NCBI GenBank assembly: GCA_015068035.1
Contig: SVLI01000007.1
Span: 31,176-95,175 of the forward strand
Length of the DNA: 64,000 nucleotides
Direction of reading: 5' to 3'
Origin: Oscillospiraceae bacterium
GTDB lineage: Bacteria; Bacillota; Clostridia; Oscillospirales; Oscillospiraceae
A model generated the notes under the pieces. The model was not told the DNA's origin, did no database searches, and saw only the letters and a program-made list of their open reading frames with translations. Below are positions 16,976 to 25,187 of the stretch, piece by piece. Position 1 is the first letter of the stretch. Each line of letters starts with the position of its first letter. A program made the translations under genes and the position numbers.

Positions 16976-18813
16976 GCAAATCACCCCGACGCACGGACGA
17001 AGAATATTTCCGCCGTCCCATGCGCTTTTTCGGCTTTAACCGCATTGTCCCCGTCATGCGTCCCTATGCCAAACGCCTTGTTTGGATGACGATCATCGCG
17101 TTCATCGGCACCCTGTTTGATATTTTCATTCCGCAATTTCAAAAATACGCCCTTGACACTTTTATTGGCGGAGAAACACTCAGCGGCTTTGCTCGCTTTG
17201 TGCTGATCTACGTGGCGTTCCTGCTCGCGCAGGTTGTTTTCAACCTGGTGTCCATCATCATTGCGCAGAGAGTGGAGCTCAACATCACACACGATCTGCG
17301 CGAGCGCTGCTACCGACATCTGCAGGAACTCTCCCTGTCCTACTACAACCGTTTCAGCGTCGGCTATATCCACTCGCGCGTAATGAGTGACATTGCCACC
17401 ATCGGAGAAACGGCGGTGTGGAGCATTATGGAGGGGCTCTGGCACGGCGTTTATATCCTCGGCGTCGCCATTGCGATGTTCGTGATGAACTGGAAACTCG
17501 CGCTGGTCACGGTGGCAATTCTGCCTGTGATGGCAGTGCTCGCTGTGTTCTTTGAACGCAAACTCGTGCGCGTCAACCGGAAGATCCGCGAGCTCAACTC
17601 CATCATCACCGGCGACTTCAACGAGGGCATCACGGGCGCAAAAACCATCAAGACGCTCGCCATTGAGGAAAAGATGAAAGGCGAATTCCACGAGGATACG
17701 AAAAACATGCGCGTTTTCTCCGTGCGCAAGCAGCGGCTGGACAGCATTTTCTTCGCGGTTGTCTCCTTCTCGTCAAGCTTTGCGCTGGCGCTGGTGCTTT
17801 GGCGCGGCGGCATCATCGCGATGGACGGCCTCATGCTGATCGGAACGCTCTCTGTTTTCATGACCTATGCCATGAACATTGGTGAGCCGATTCGCGCGCT
17901 GGTGCAGATCATCTCCAACTGCATTCACGAAAAAGTCAACATTGAGCGCGTCACCGCCCTGCTGTCCGAGGATTCCTGCGTGAAAGACACGGCGGAGGTC
18001 ATCGCGCGTTATGGCGACGCTTTCACGCCCAAAACAGAAAACTGGGAGGAGCTGCGGGGTGACATTGAGTTCCGGGATGTGACCTTCCGCTATCCCGACG
18101 GCGAGGAAAACGTGCTTGAGCACTTCAATCTGACAGTTCCCTTCGGCACGAACGTTGCAATCGTCGGCGAAACCGGTGCGGGAAAATCCACGCTGGCAAA
18201 CCTGATCTGCCGTTTCTTTGAGCCCACGGAGGGTGCCGTTCTGGTCGATGGCCGTGACCTGCGTGAGCGCAGCCAGCTCTGGATGCACCGCGCCATCGGT
18301 TATGTGCTCCAGACCCCGCACCTTTTCTCCGGCACCATCGCCGAAAACCTGCGTTACGGAAATCCCGATGCCACAGAGGAAGAGTTGCACGAGGCGCTGC
18401 GATTGGTGGGCGCGGACTTCGTACTCGATTCTATGGAACTGGGCCTGAGCAGCCCCGTCGGTGAGGGCGGTGATTTGCTCTCCACCGGACAGAAGCAACT
18501 GATCTCCTTTGCCCGCGCGATTCTGGCAAAGCCGAAGATTCTGATTTTGGACGAGGCAACCTCTTCCATCGACACGCTGACAGAGCAGCAGATCCAGCGC
18601 GCCACCCGGGAAATCATTCAGGGCCGGACCTCCTTTGTGATCGCGCACCGCCTCTCCACCATCCGCGATGCGGACATCATTTTGGTAGTGCGGGATGGAA
18701 AAATCGTGGAAAGCGGCAAGCATGCGGAGCTTTTGGCAAAAAAGGGCTACTATTACGAGCTTCAACACAGCCAGTTCCGTGAGGATGCCGCCCGCGCGGC
18801 CTATGCCGACTGA
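16972..18813 (+). CDS. ABC exporter, fused permease/ATPase (heterodimer half 2)
   Basis: Walker A is GETGAGKST, signature is LSTGQKQL, Walker B is ILILDEATSSID. It overlaps the preceding gene by 4 nt. Confidence 0.92.
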   Translation: MSKSPRRTDEEYFRRPMRFFGFNRIVPVMRPYAKRLVWMTIIAFIGTLFDIFIPQFQKYALDTFIGGETLSGFARFVLIYVAFLLAQVVFNLVSIIIAQRVELNITHDLRERCYRHLQELSLSYYNRFSVGYIHSRVMSDIATIGETAVWSIMEGLWHGVYILGVAIAMFVMNWKLALVTVAILPVMAVLAVFFERKLVRVNRKIRELNSIITGDFNEGITGAKTIKTLAIEEKMKGEFHEDTKNMRVFSVRKQRLDSIFFAVVSFSSSFALALVLWRGGIIAMDGLMLIGTLSVFMTYAMNIGEPIRALVQIISNCIHEKVNIERVTALLSEDSCVKDTAEVIARYGDAFTPKTENWEELRGDIEFRDVTFRYPDGEENVLEHFNLTVPFGTNVAIVGETGAGKSTLANLICRFFEPTEGAVLVDGRDLRERSQLWMHRAIGYVLQTPHLFSGTIAENLRYGNPDATEEELHEALRLVGADFVLDSMELGLSSPVGEGGDLLSTGQKQLISFARAILAKPKILILDEATSSIDTLTEQQIQRATREIIQGRTSFVIAHRLSTIRDADIILVVRDGKIVESGKHAELLAKKGYYYELQHSQFREDAARAAYAD

Positions 18814-18934
18814 GTTTCGCGCAGCAGCTTCCGCAAAAGGCGCGAAGCGTCGCGCCGGGCATCGGATTTTTCTCCGGCCGGCATGACCTTTACGCTGCAA
18901 AAAGCCAGACAACCGTGCCGGCAACAGCAAAGAA

Positions 18935-18987
18935 ATCCCCTCGGGATACCGGATAAGCGTCCGGCATCCCGGGGGATATTTTTGTTT
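18935..18987 (+). terminator. Intrinsic terminator of the ABC operon
   Basis: A compound hairpin: outer stem atcccc(t)cggg / cccgggggat, inner stem ccgga / tccgg. It is followed by atttttgttt. Confidence 0.75.
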
Positions 18988-19050
18988 CAGCTCCGTTTTG
19001 CTTATAACCCGCTCTTATCCAAAGAGCGCATTTTGCGGCACGGAGAATGC

Positions 19051-19079
19051 TTGCAATCCGGGTAAAGCGATGGTAAACT
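19051..19079 (+). promoter_or_regulatory. Putative sigma-A promoter
   Basis: TTGCAA, then 17 nt, then TAAACT. It lies about 50 nt upstream of the 19131 start. Confidence 0.5.
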
Positions 19080-19130
19080 GTAAGCAGGCAAAGTAATGTT
19101 CCCGTAAAAATAATGACAGAGGTGTTGCAG

Positions 19131-20888
19131 ATGTCAAAGGATTTCAACTGTGTTGAAAAAGTCTCCATTGAGGTTCTCAACCCAAAGGGCGCCTTGGCGT
19201 CTCCGAAAGTGGAGGGGCTTCATGCGCCGCGCCCGGCAGATTTGAACGGCAAACGGATTGCTCTGCTCAGCGAAAGACCGGACGCCGTAGTCTTTTTTAA
19301 GGCTGTGGGCGCGCTGCTGAAAGCGCGCTTTCCGGATTGTTCCCTTGTTTCCTTCCCGTCCTACTGCAATCCCCTCATCGGCGATAACACGCAGGAGGTT
19401 GCCGCGAACTGCGACGTCTGGCTGCAGGGCGTAAAGACGGCAACGAACAGCTGGTTCGACGGGGATGTGACGATGGAAAAGCTCGGCAAGCCCGGCGTTT
19501 CCTTCAGCGTGGACAGCCTTTGCGCGCAGAAAACCGCCGTTGCCGAGGCAAACGGCATCGGCGCGATCCGCCTGATCTCCGTTCCCTCGCTGGCTTATTC
19601 CAAAGCGAAAGCAAATCCGGCGCTGATGGAAGATCTGGCCGCATCTCTGATCGACGAGATCGTGGAGGCCCTCACCTCCCCGCTCACGGAGGCAGAGATC
19701 AATCCGCCGCAGCCGGAATATGACGATTCTCCGGTGACCTTTACCGGCGATAGCTATGACGAGGTTTTGGAGCAGTATCAGGATTACTGCATCCAAAACA
19801 AGCTTTGCGACGGTTTCCCCGTCATCCCGCCGACGCGCAAGCGCGTGGACGAGATGCTGCGGGGCACCAGCTACGCGCCGGACAAGGAGATCGGCATCGT
19901 CATGCCCCGAGGGGGAATCGCGACGGTGGAGAAGATCGCGATCAACGCGGTCATGGCGGGCGCGAAGCCCGAATATTTGCCCGTGATCATCGCCATGCTC
20001 GAATGCATCTCCGACCGGGATTTTAACCAGTTCCACATCTCGGCAGGCATTCTTCCGGTCTACTGGATCAGCGGGCCGATCATTGAAGAGCTGGGCATGA
20101 ACAACGACATCAACTATCTCGGCCCCGGCAACAAGGTCAACAATACCATCGCCAGAGCCGTCGCCCTTTGCCAGATCAACATCGGATGGCGCGATCTGAG
20201 CGTCTACGGTTCTCCCGGCGGCACCGGCAAGGCGGACAACTTCACCAACTATCTGATTCCGGAAAACCTGCGCTACGGCCCGTGGGAGGAATCCTACGCC
20301 GTATCCAGAGGCTACAAGGCGGAGGAGAGCATTGTTTCCGCCTGTGAGTTCCTTGAGATGCATTACGGCCTCCGCGAGACACACACCGCCTCTTTTGACG
20401 CCGCGCTGCGGGCAATCGCAAAAGTCTTCGACGTGAACAAAGTCGATCTCTACGGCTCCGTCGGCGGCAAGGCCCCCGGCACGGATGCCCCGCGCTACAT
20501 TGTGGTGCTGCATCCGACCTTCGCCCACCAGATTGCGGAACAGGGCCTTGACCGGCGCTCCTTTGTGCAGAAAATCTATGACATGACTGCCATCAACTGG
20601 GATAAGATGAGTGAGGAAGCGCGGGCGAAGTTCCGGCAGGAGGTCATTGACGGCAAGTGGGGGCGTCTGCGGGAGGAGGACTGCAGGCCCGGGCTTCTGC
20701 TTGAACCCTTTAATGATTTAGACAATGTTGCGGTTCTTGTTTCGGGCAACTGGTGCGGCAGAACCGCGGTGTACAAAACCTCCTGCGGTTCGACGGCCTG
20801 GATGGCGGAACGTCCGGCCGATTTTGTCCCCCGCCCGTATATGACCAAGGTCATCCACGGCGCGACCATGACAGAAGCAGGCAAATAA
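19131..20888 (+). CDS. Hypothetical two-domain protein with no family I can name confidently
   Basis: ORF 19113..20888. The ATG at 19131 lies 6 nt after AGAGGTG. Codon usage matches the neighbours. No TM segment or signal peptide is evident. Confidence 0.75.
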   Translation: MSKDFNCVEKVSIEVLNPKGALASPKVEGLHAPRPADLNGKRIALLSERPDAVVFFKAVGALLKARFPDCSLVSFPSYCNPLIGDNTQEVAANCDVWLQGVKTATNSWFDGDVTMEKLGKPGVSFSVDSLCAQKTAVAEANGIGAIRLISVPSLAYSKAKANPALMEDLAASLIDEIVEALTSPLTEAEINPPQPEYDDSPVTFTGDSYDEVLEQYQDYCIQNKLCDGFPVIPPTRKRVDEMLRGTSYAPDKEIGIVMPRGGIATVEKIAINAVMAGAKPEYLPVIIAMLECISDRDFNQFHISAGILPVYWISGPIIEELGMNNDINYLGPGNKVNNTIARAVALCQINIGWRDLSVYGSPGGTGKADNFTNYLIPENLRYGPWEESYAVSRGYKAEESIVSACEFLEMHYGLRETHTASFDAALRAIAKVFDVNKVDLYGSVGGKAPGTDAPRYIVVLHPTFAHQIAEQGLDRRSFVQKIYDMTAINWDKMSEEARAKFRQEVIDGKWGRLREEDCRPGLLLEPFNDLDNVAVLVSGNWCGRTAVYKTSCGSTAWMAERPADFVPRPYMTKVIHGATMTEAGK

Positions 20889-20923
20889 GTTTTCCGGCTT
20901 TTGGTGCGTATTTCAGCAAAAAC

Positions 20924-20965
20924 AAGCCGGAAGCCCCGGGATCGGAGCTTCCGGCTTAGCTTTTC
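20924..20965 (+). terminator. Intrinsic terminator
   Basis: An 11-bp stem (aagccggaagc / gcttccggctt) is followed by agcttttc. Confidence 0.7.
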
Positions 20966-21103
20966 TCCGCACTGCTTTTTTGCATAGATCATGTGTGCGT
21001 TTTTCACATTTTTTGCAGCGCAAATTTTACAAACGCTTTTTGCTGCGATGTGGTAAAATTATATTTATACCGCACATCCGAAAAGAATAAATGAGGTAAA
21101 GCA

Positions 21104-22051
21104 ATGGAACAAACAATTCACGGCAGGATCTACGATATACAGGGTTTTTCCGTGCAGGATGGACCCGGAATCCGCACAACGGTGTTTCTGAAAGGCTGCC
21201 CGCTGCGCTGTCCGTGGTGCCACAGCCCGGAATCCCAGTCCTTTGAGATGCAGCTTTCCTGGATGGCGGCACGCTGTGTCGGCTGCGGCCGCTGCGCCAT
21301 GAGCTGTCCCAAGAGCGCAATTACCCGCGGCGATCCGAAGCCGCCCGGCCCGGACGGCACAGTGACCTACGGCGTCAAGGTGGACCGGAGCGTCTGTGAC
21401 AGCTGCTGGAAATGCACGGAGGCCTGCCTGCACAATGCCATGTACATCTGCGGCGAAGACTATACGGTAGAGCGTGTTTTGGAGCGCGTTTTGCGCGACC
21501 GCCCCTTCTATAAATCCTCCGGCGGCGGCGTAACCATATCCGGCGGAGAGGCGCTGGCGCAGCCGGAATTCACCCTTGCACTGCTCAAGGCACTAAAGGC
21601 GGAGGACATCCACACCGCATTGGATACAACGGGCTTCTGTGCGCAGGAGATCATCGACCGCGTCCTCCCCTATACGGATCTGTTCCTGTACGATCTCAAG
21701 CTCATGGACAGCGCGCGGCACAAAGAGGTCATCAAGGTGCCGAACGAGCGGATTTTGTCCAACGCCAGGCACATTGCGGAAAAGGGCGGCAAGATGCAAA
21801 TTCGCATCCCGCTGATTCCGGAGGTCAACATGGACGAGGAAAACCTGCGCGCCACGCTTGATTTCTGTCTCAGCCTTGGCGAAGCGGTCACTTCCGTGCA
21901 GCTTCTCCCCTACCATGAGCTCGGCCTTTCCAAGTATGCGCGTCTGGGCGTGACGGAAGGTGTCTTCTCCAGCTATACGCCCGACCCGAAGTGGGTGGAG
22001 GAGATCCGCGATATGTTTGTAAGCGCCGGTGTGCCCACCGTGATTCATTAA
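21104..22051 (+). CDS. Glycyl-radical enzyme activating protein (radical SAM)
   Basis: The radical SAM cluster motif is CPLRCPWC. An insert with two ferredoxin-like Cys clusters follows (CVGCGRCAMSCP, CDSCWKCTEAC). GGEAL is also present. Confidence 0.92.
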   Translation: MEQTIHGRIYDIQGFSVQDGPGIRTTVFLKGCPLRCPWCHSPESQSFEMQLSWMAARCVGCGRCAMSCPKSAITRGDPKPPGPDGTVTYGVKVDRSVCDSCWKCTEACLHNAMYICGEDYTVERVLERVLRDRPFYKSSGGGVTISGGEALAQPEFTLALLKALKAEDIHTALDTTGFCAQEIIDRVLPYTDLFLYDLKLMDSARHKEVIKVPNERILSNARHIAEKGGKMQIRIPLIPEVNMDEENLRATLDFCLSLGEAVTSVQLLPYHELGLSKYARLGVTEGVFSSYTPDPKWVEEIRDMFVSAGVPTVIH

Positions 22052-22118
22052 GGCGCGCGCCGTCAAAATATTGATAAGTAAAATAATAATATAACAGGAT
22101 CAGAAAGGAGAGTCCCTT

Positions 22119-24548
22119 ATGAAGTATGAGCTGTCCCCCATTTCCCCGAGGCTGAAGCGTGTCCGCGAAAAGTATCGCGCCACGCGCCCCTGGCTGGATG
22201 TCACGCGCTACCGCATCGTTACGGAGTTCTATCAGGAGAACATCCAGACCGACGGCATTCTCAAGCGCGCCATGAGCTTCAAGAACCTCTGCGAGAAGCT
22301 TCCCATCATCATGAAGGAAGAGGAGCTCATTGTCGGAAGCTATGCCGAGGGTTACATCGGCGCAGCCCTTTATCCGGAGCTGGGCATCTATTCGATCATC
22401 AGCATGGTGGAAGACCTCAAGCGCGGCGATGAGAAGAGCTCTTTCCGCGCAACGCCGGAAGTTATTGACTATATCCTTTCCACCGCGGATTTCTGGAAGG
22501 TGCACTGCTCCAGCTCCAAGCTGGATGCCTACATCCCCGAGGCCTACAAGAAAATCGCGGGCAGCGGCGTTATCTCCTTCGCGCCGCAGAATATGGCTTC
22601 GATGCCTGTCGGCCACTTCTGCACCAACTATAACAAGGCCATCCGCGTTGGCTTCAAGGCGATCAAGGCCGAGGCTGAAGGCTATATGCGTCAGCTGGAG
22701 GAAACCGGCTTTGCCGGCGAAGACGCCAGCCGCTATCACTTCTACCGTTCCATCTGCATCGTTTGCGACGGAATCATGCTCTTTGCAAAGCGCTATGCCG
22801 CCGAGTGTGCGCGCCGCGCCGAAGCGGAGACAGACCCCGTCCGCAAGGCGGAGCTGGAGCGCATGGCGGACACCATGGGCTGGGTTATGGAGAACCCCGC
22901 GCGCGACTTCCGCGACGCGATTCAGGCGCTCTGGTTCTACCAGATGTGCGTCTATCTCAACGCCAACCTCCACGGCTGCAGCATCGGCCGAGTGGATCAG
23001 TATCTCGGCTCCTATCTGGAGGCGGATCTGGCCTCCGGCGCCATCACGCGCGCCGAGGCGCAGGAACTCATGGATCTCTACGTGATGAAAACCGCGGAGC
23101 TCTGCAGCCCCACCAACTGCGGCAAGATCAAGGGCAAGACCAGCTACACGAACGGCAGCCTCATCACCGTGGGCGGCATTGACGCAGAAGGCAAGGACGC
23201 CACAAACACCGCAACCTACATGATGCTCGAGGCCGTCGGCCGTCTGAAGATGGTCACGCCTCCCATCGCGCTGCGCATGAACCGCAACGCCCCGAAGGAG
23301 CTTTGGGCCTGCGCGCTGGCAGTGAACCAGCAGGGCGGCGGCGGACTGCCGAGCTACTATTCCGACGACGTGATCATGAAGGCGCTCGTCAAGCGCGGCA
23401 TTGCCGAGGACGAAGTCTGGGATTACTGCGTTGTCGGCTGCGTGGAGCCCTCTCTGGGCGGCGCGGAGTGGCCCGCCTGCGGCGGCACCGGCGGCGATTC
23501 CTTTATGAATCTCGTCAACGTCTTCATGATGGCCATCAACGACGGCAAGAACCCGCTGGTCCGCGCTGACGGCACCGTAAACGAAACGCAGTTTGGCCCC
23601 CGCACCGGTTATCTCTACGAGATGAACTCCATAGAGGAGGTCAAGGAGGCCTTCCTCACCCAGCTCAGATACTGGGTGCAGTGGAACGTGAACATGATCA
23701 ATATCTATGAGTCTGTGACGCCGATGTATATGCCCCGTCCGGTGGTTTCCGCGACCATGAAGGGCTGCATGGAAAAGGGCAAGGACGTCACGGAGGGCGG
23801 CGCACGCTATAATTCCACCGGCCTGTCCGCCATCGGCCTCGGCAACGTCACCGACTGCTTCTACATCACTGAGCGCCTGTGCTTCGTGGATAAGAAGTGC
23901 ACGACGCGCGAGCTCTACGATGCCCTCACGCACAACTGGGAGGGCTATGAGGAGCTGCGTGACTACATCAACAACCGTCTGCCGCGTTACGGCAACGCCG
24001 TGCCGGAGGTTGACCGTTACTGCGAGTGGATCGCCAAGTCCTATGCCGACATCGCCAACAGCAAGACCGGTCCCCGCGGCCGCTACTCTGCGGGTCTGTA
24101 TCCGGTCACGATGAACATCGCGCTCGGCAAGCAGACGGCTGCAACGCCCGACGGACGTCTGTCCGGCGAGCCGCTGGCAGACGGCATCTCCGCCGTGCAG
24201 GGCATGGACAAGAACGGCCCCACCTCCATCCTGTGCTCGGTGGACTGCTTTGACCACAGCGAATTTTCCAACGGCACGCTGTTGAACATGAAATTCCACC
24301 CGACCGTGCTTTCCAGCGAGGACGGCTTTGATAAGCTGGTGAATCTGATGCAGGCGCACTTCTTCCAGCTGGGCGGCATGCAGATGCAGTTTAACATTGT
24401 CTCGGCGGACACGCTGCGCGACGCGCAGAAGAACCCCGAGAACTATAAGGATCTCGTTGTGCGCATCGCCGGCTTCTCCGCTTACTTTGTGGAGACCTTC
24501 AAGAATTGTCAGGACGACCTCATCCGCCGCACAGAGCTGGGAATGTAA
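22119..24548 (+). CDS. Glycyl radical enzyme, PFL2/dehydratase-lyase-like clade; substrate unknown
   Basis: 809 aa. The glycyl radical loop is VVRIAGFSAYF (Gly785, codon 24471-24473). The thiyl loop is VVGCVEPS (Cys441, Glu443). Confidence 0.92.
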   Translation: MKYELSPISPRLKRVREKYRATRPWLDVTRYRIVTEFYQENIQTDGILKRAMSFKNLCEKLPIIMKEEELIVGSYAEGYIGAALYPELGIYSIISMVEDLKRGDEKSSFRATPEVIDYILSTADFWKVHCSSSKLDAYIPEAYKKIAGSGVISFAPQNMASMPVGHFCTNYNKAIRVGFKAIKAEAEGYMRQLEETGFAGEDASRYHFYRSICIVCDGIMLFAKRYAAECARRAEAETDPVRKAELERMADTMGWVMENPARDFRDAIQALWFYQMCVYLNANLHGCSIGRVDQYLGSYLEADLASGAITRAEAQELMDLYVMKTAELCSPTNCGKIKGKTSYTNGSLITVGGIDAEGKDATNTATYMMLEAVGRLKMVTPPIALRMNRNAPKELWACALAVNQQGGGGLPSYYSDDVIMKALVKRGIAEDEVWDYCVVGCVEPSLGGAEWPACGGTGGDSFMNLVNVFMMAINDGKNPLVRADGTVNETQFGPRTGYLYEMNSIEEVKEAFLTQLRYWVQWNVNMINIYESVTPMYMPRPVVSATMKGCMEKGKDVTEGGARYNSTGLSAIGLGNVTDCFYITERLCFVDKKCTTRELYDALTHNWEGYEELRDYINNRLPRYGNAVPEVDRYCEWIAKSYADIANSKTGPRGRYSAGLYPVTMNIALGKQTAATPDGRLSGEPLADGISAVQGMDKNGPTSILCSVDCFDHSEFSNGTLLNMKFHPTVLSSEDGFDKLVNLMQAHFFQLGGMQMQFNIVSADTLRDAQKNPENYKDLVVRIAGFSAYFVETFKNCQDDLIRRTELGM

Positions 24549-24580
24549 AGCTGTCTGACATCCGAAAACAAAAAGAAACG

Positions 24581-24620
24581 GCAAAGGGGCACTCACGAAG
24601 GAGTGCCCTTTTGCTGTTTG
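24581..24620 (+). terminator. Intrinsic terminator
   Basis: A 14-bp stem (gcaaaggggcactc / gagtgcccttttgc) carries the loop acgaag and is followed by tgtttg. Confidence 0.8.
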
Positions 24621-24825
24621 AAATGCGTGCTGACTAAATCTTTGTATTGAATTGCATGCCATCGATGTAATCTTGACGTATATTTTAATATGGTGTAGAA
24701 TACTTTCGTAATATTGGAGTTTTTGCCCTTTTGTGTTTTAAGCCACATAATGAGTGATGTTTTGCGCACCTGTGTGCTGGGGATACTTCTAACCCGGTTC
24801 ATCTACCGCTATTGTCCAGGAAAAT

Positions 24826-25125
24826 CTGGAAATAAGCGTACAATGCCATACCAGTGGCGATTGTTGGTGCCGTGCGGCGGGACTGCTTGTTCTAAAGATG
24901 ATCCCAGCCAGTCAGCGTGATGTAAGGTGCTTTTTCGACGATGCTCCTGAAAAGCAGAGCCATCGCATACATAACATTCCGGTAAAAGGCTGGATTGATG
25001 AGATTCCTGAGAAGCTCAGGACGATGAAAATCAACTTGATTATTGTTTCGATTCCCTCCCTTGATGAAAAGTGGCGGCAGGAGATCCTGCAAATGCTGGC
25101 CGGATGGATTGCCCGGTCTTTTTAA
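24826..25125 (+). pseudogene. Fragment of a CapD/WbaP-type polysaccharide biosynthesis protein (N-terminal CoA-binding-like region only)
   Basis: Two frames carry RLLVPCGGTAC and then VRCFFDDAPEKQSHRIHNIPVKGWIDEIPEKLRTMKINLIIVSIPS. This mirrors the (V)GF(I)DDDPxKxGxxIxGxPV...IDxVIIAIPS pattern. The catalytic domain is absent. Confidence 0.55.
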
Positions 25126-25187
25126 ATTAAGGCGATATGAATGTTATCGGTCCCAGCCCATAGGCACAAATTTATGGAGGATGTTTT

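Noticed and set aside
19113-19130. Upstream ATG (19113) for the orphan 585-aa protein
   Set aside because: The RBS-like AGAGGTG sits between the two ATGs and fits only the 19131 start. The difference is 6 codons and does not affect interpretation.
21888-24662. 924-aa minus-strand ORF opposite the glycyl-radical enzyme
   Set aside because: It is a shadow ORF. The plus strand encodes an unmistakable GRE (Gly loop, Cys loop), and the minus-strand product is low-complexity.
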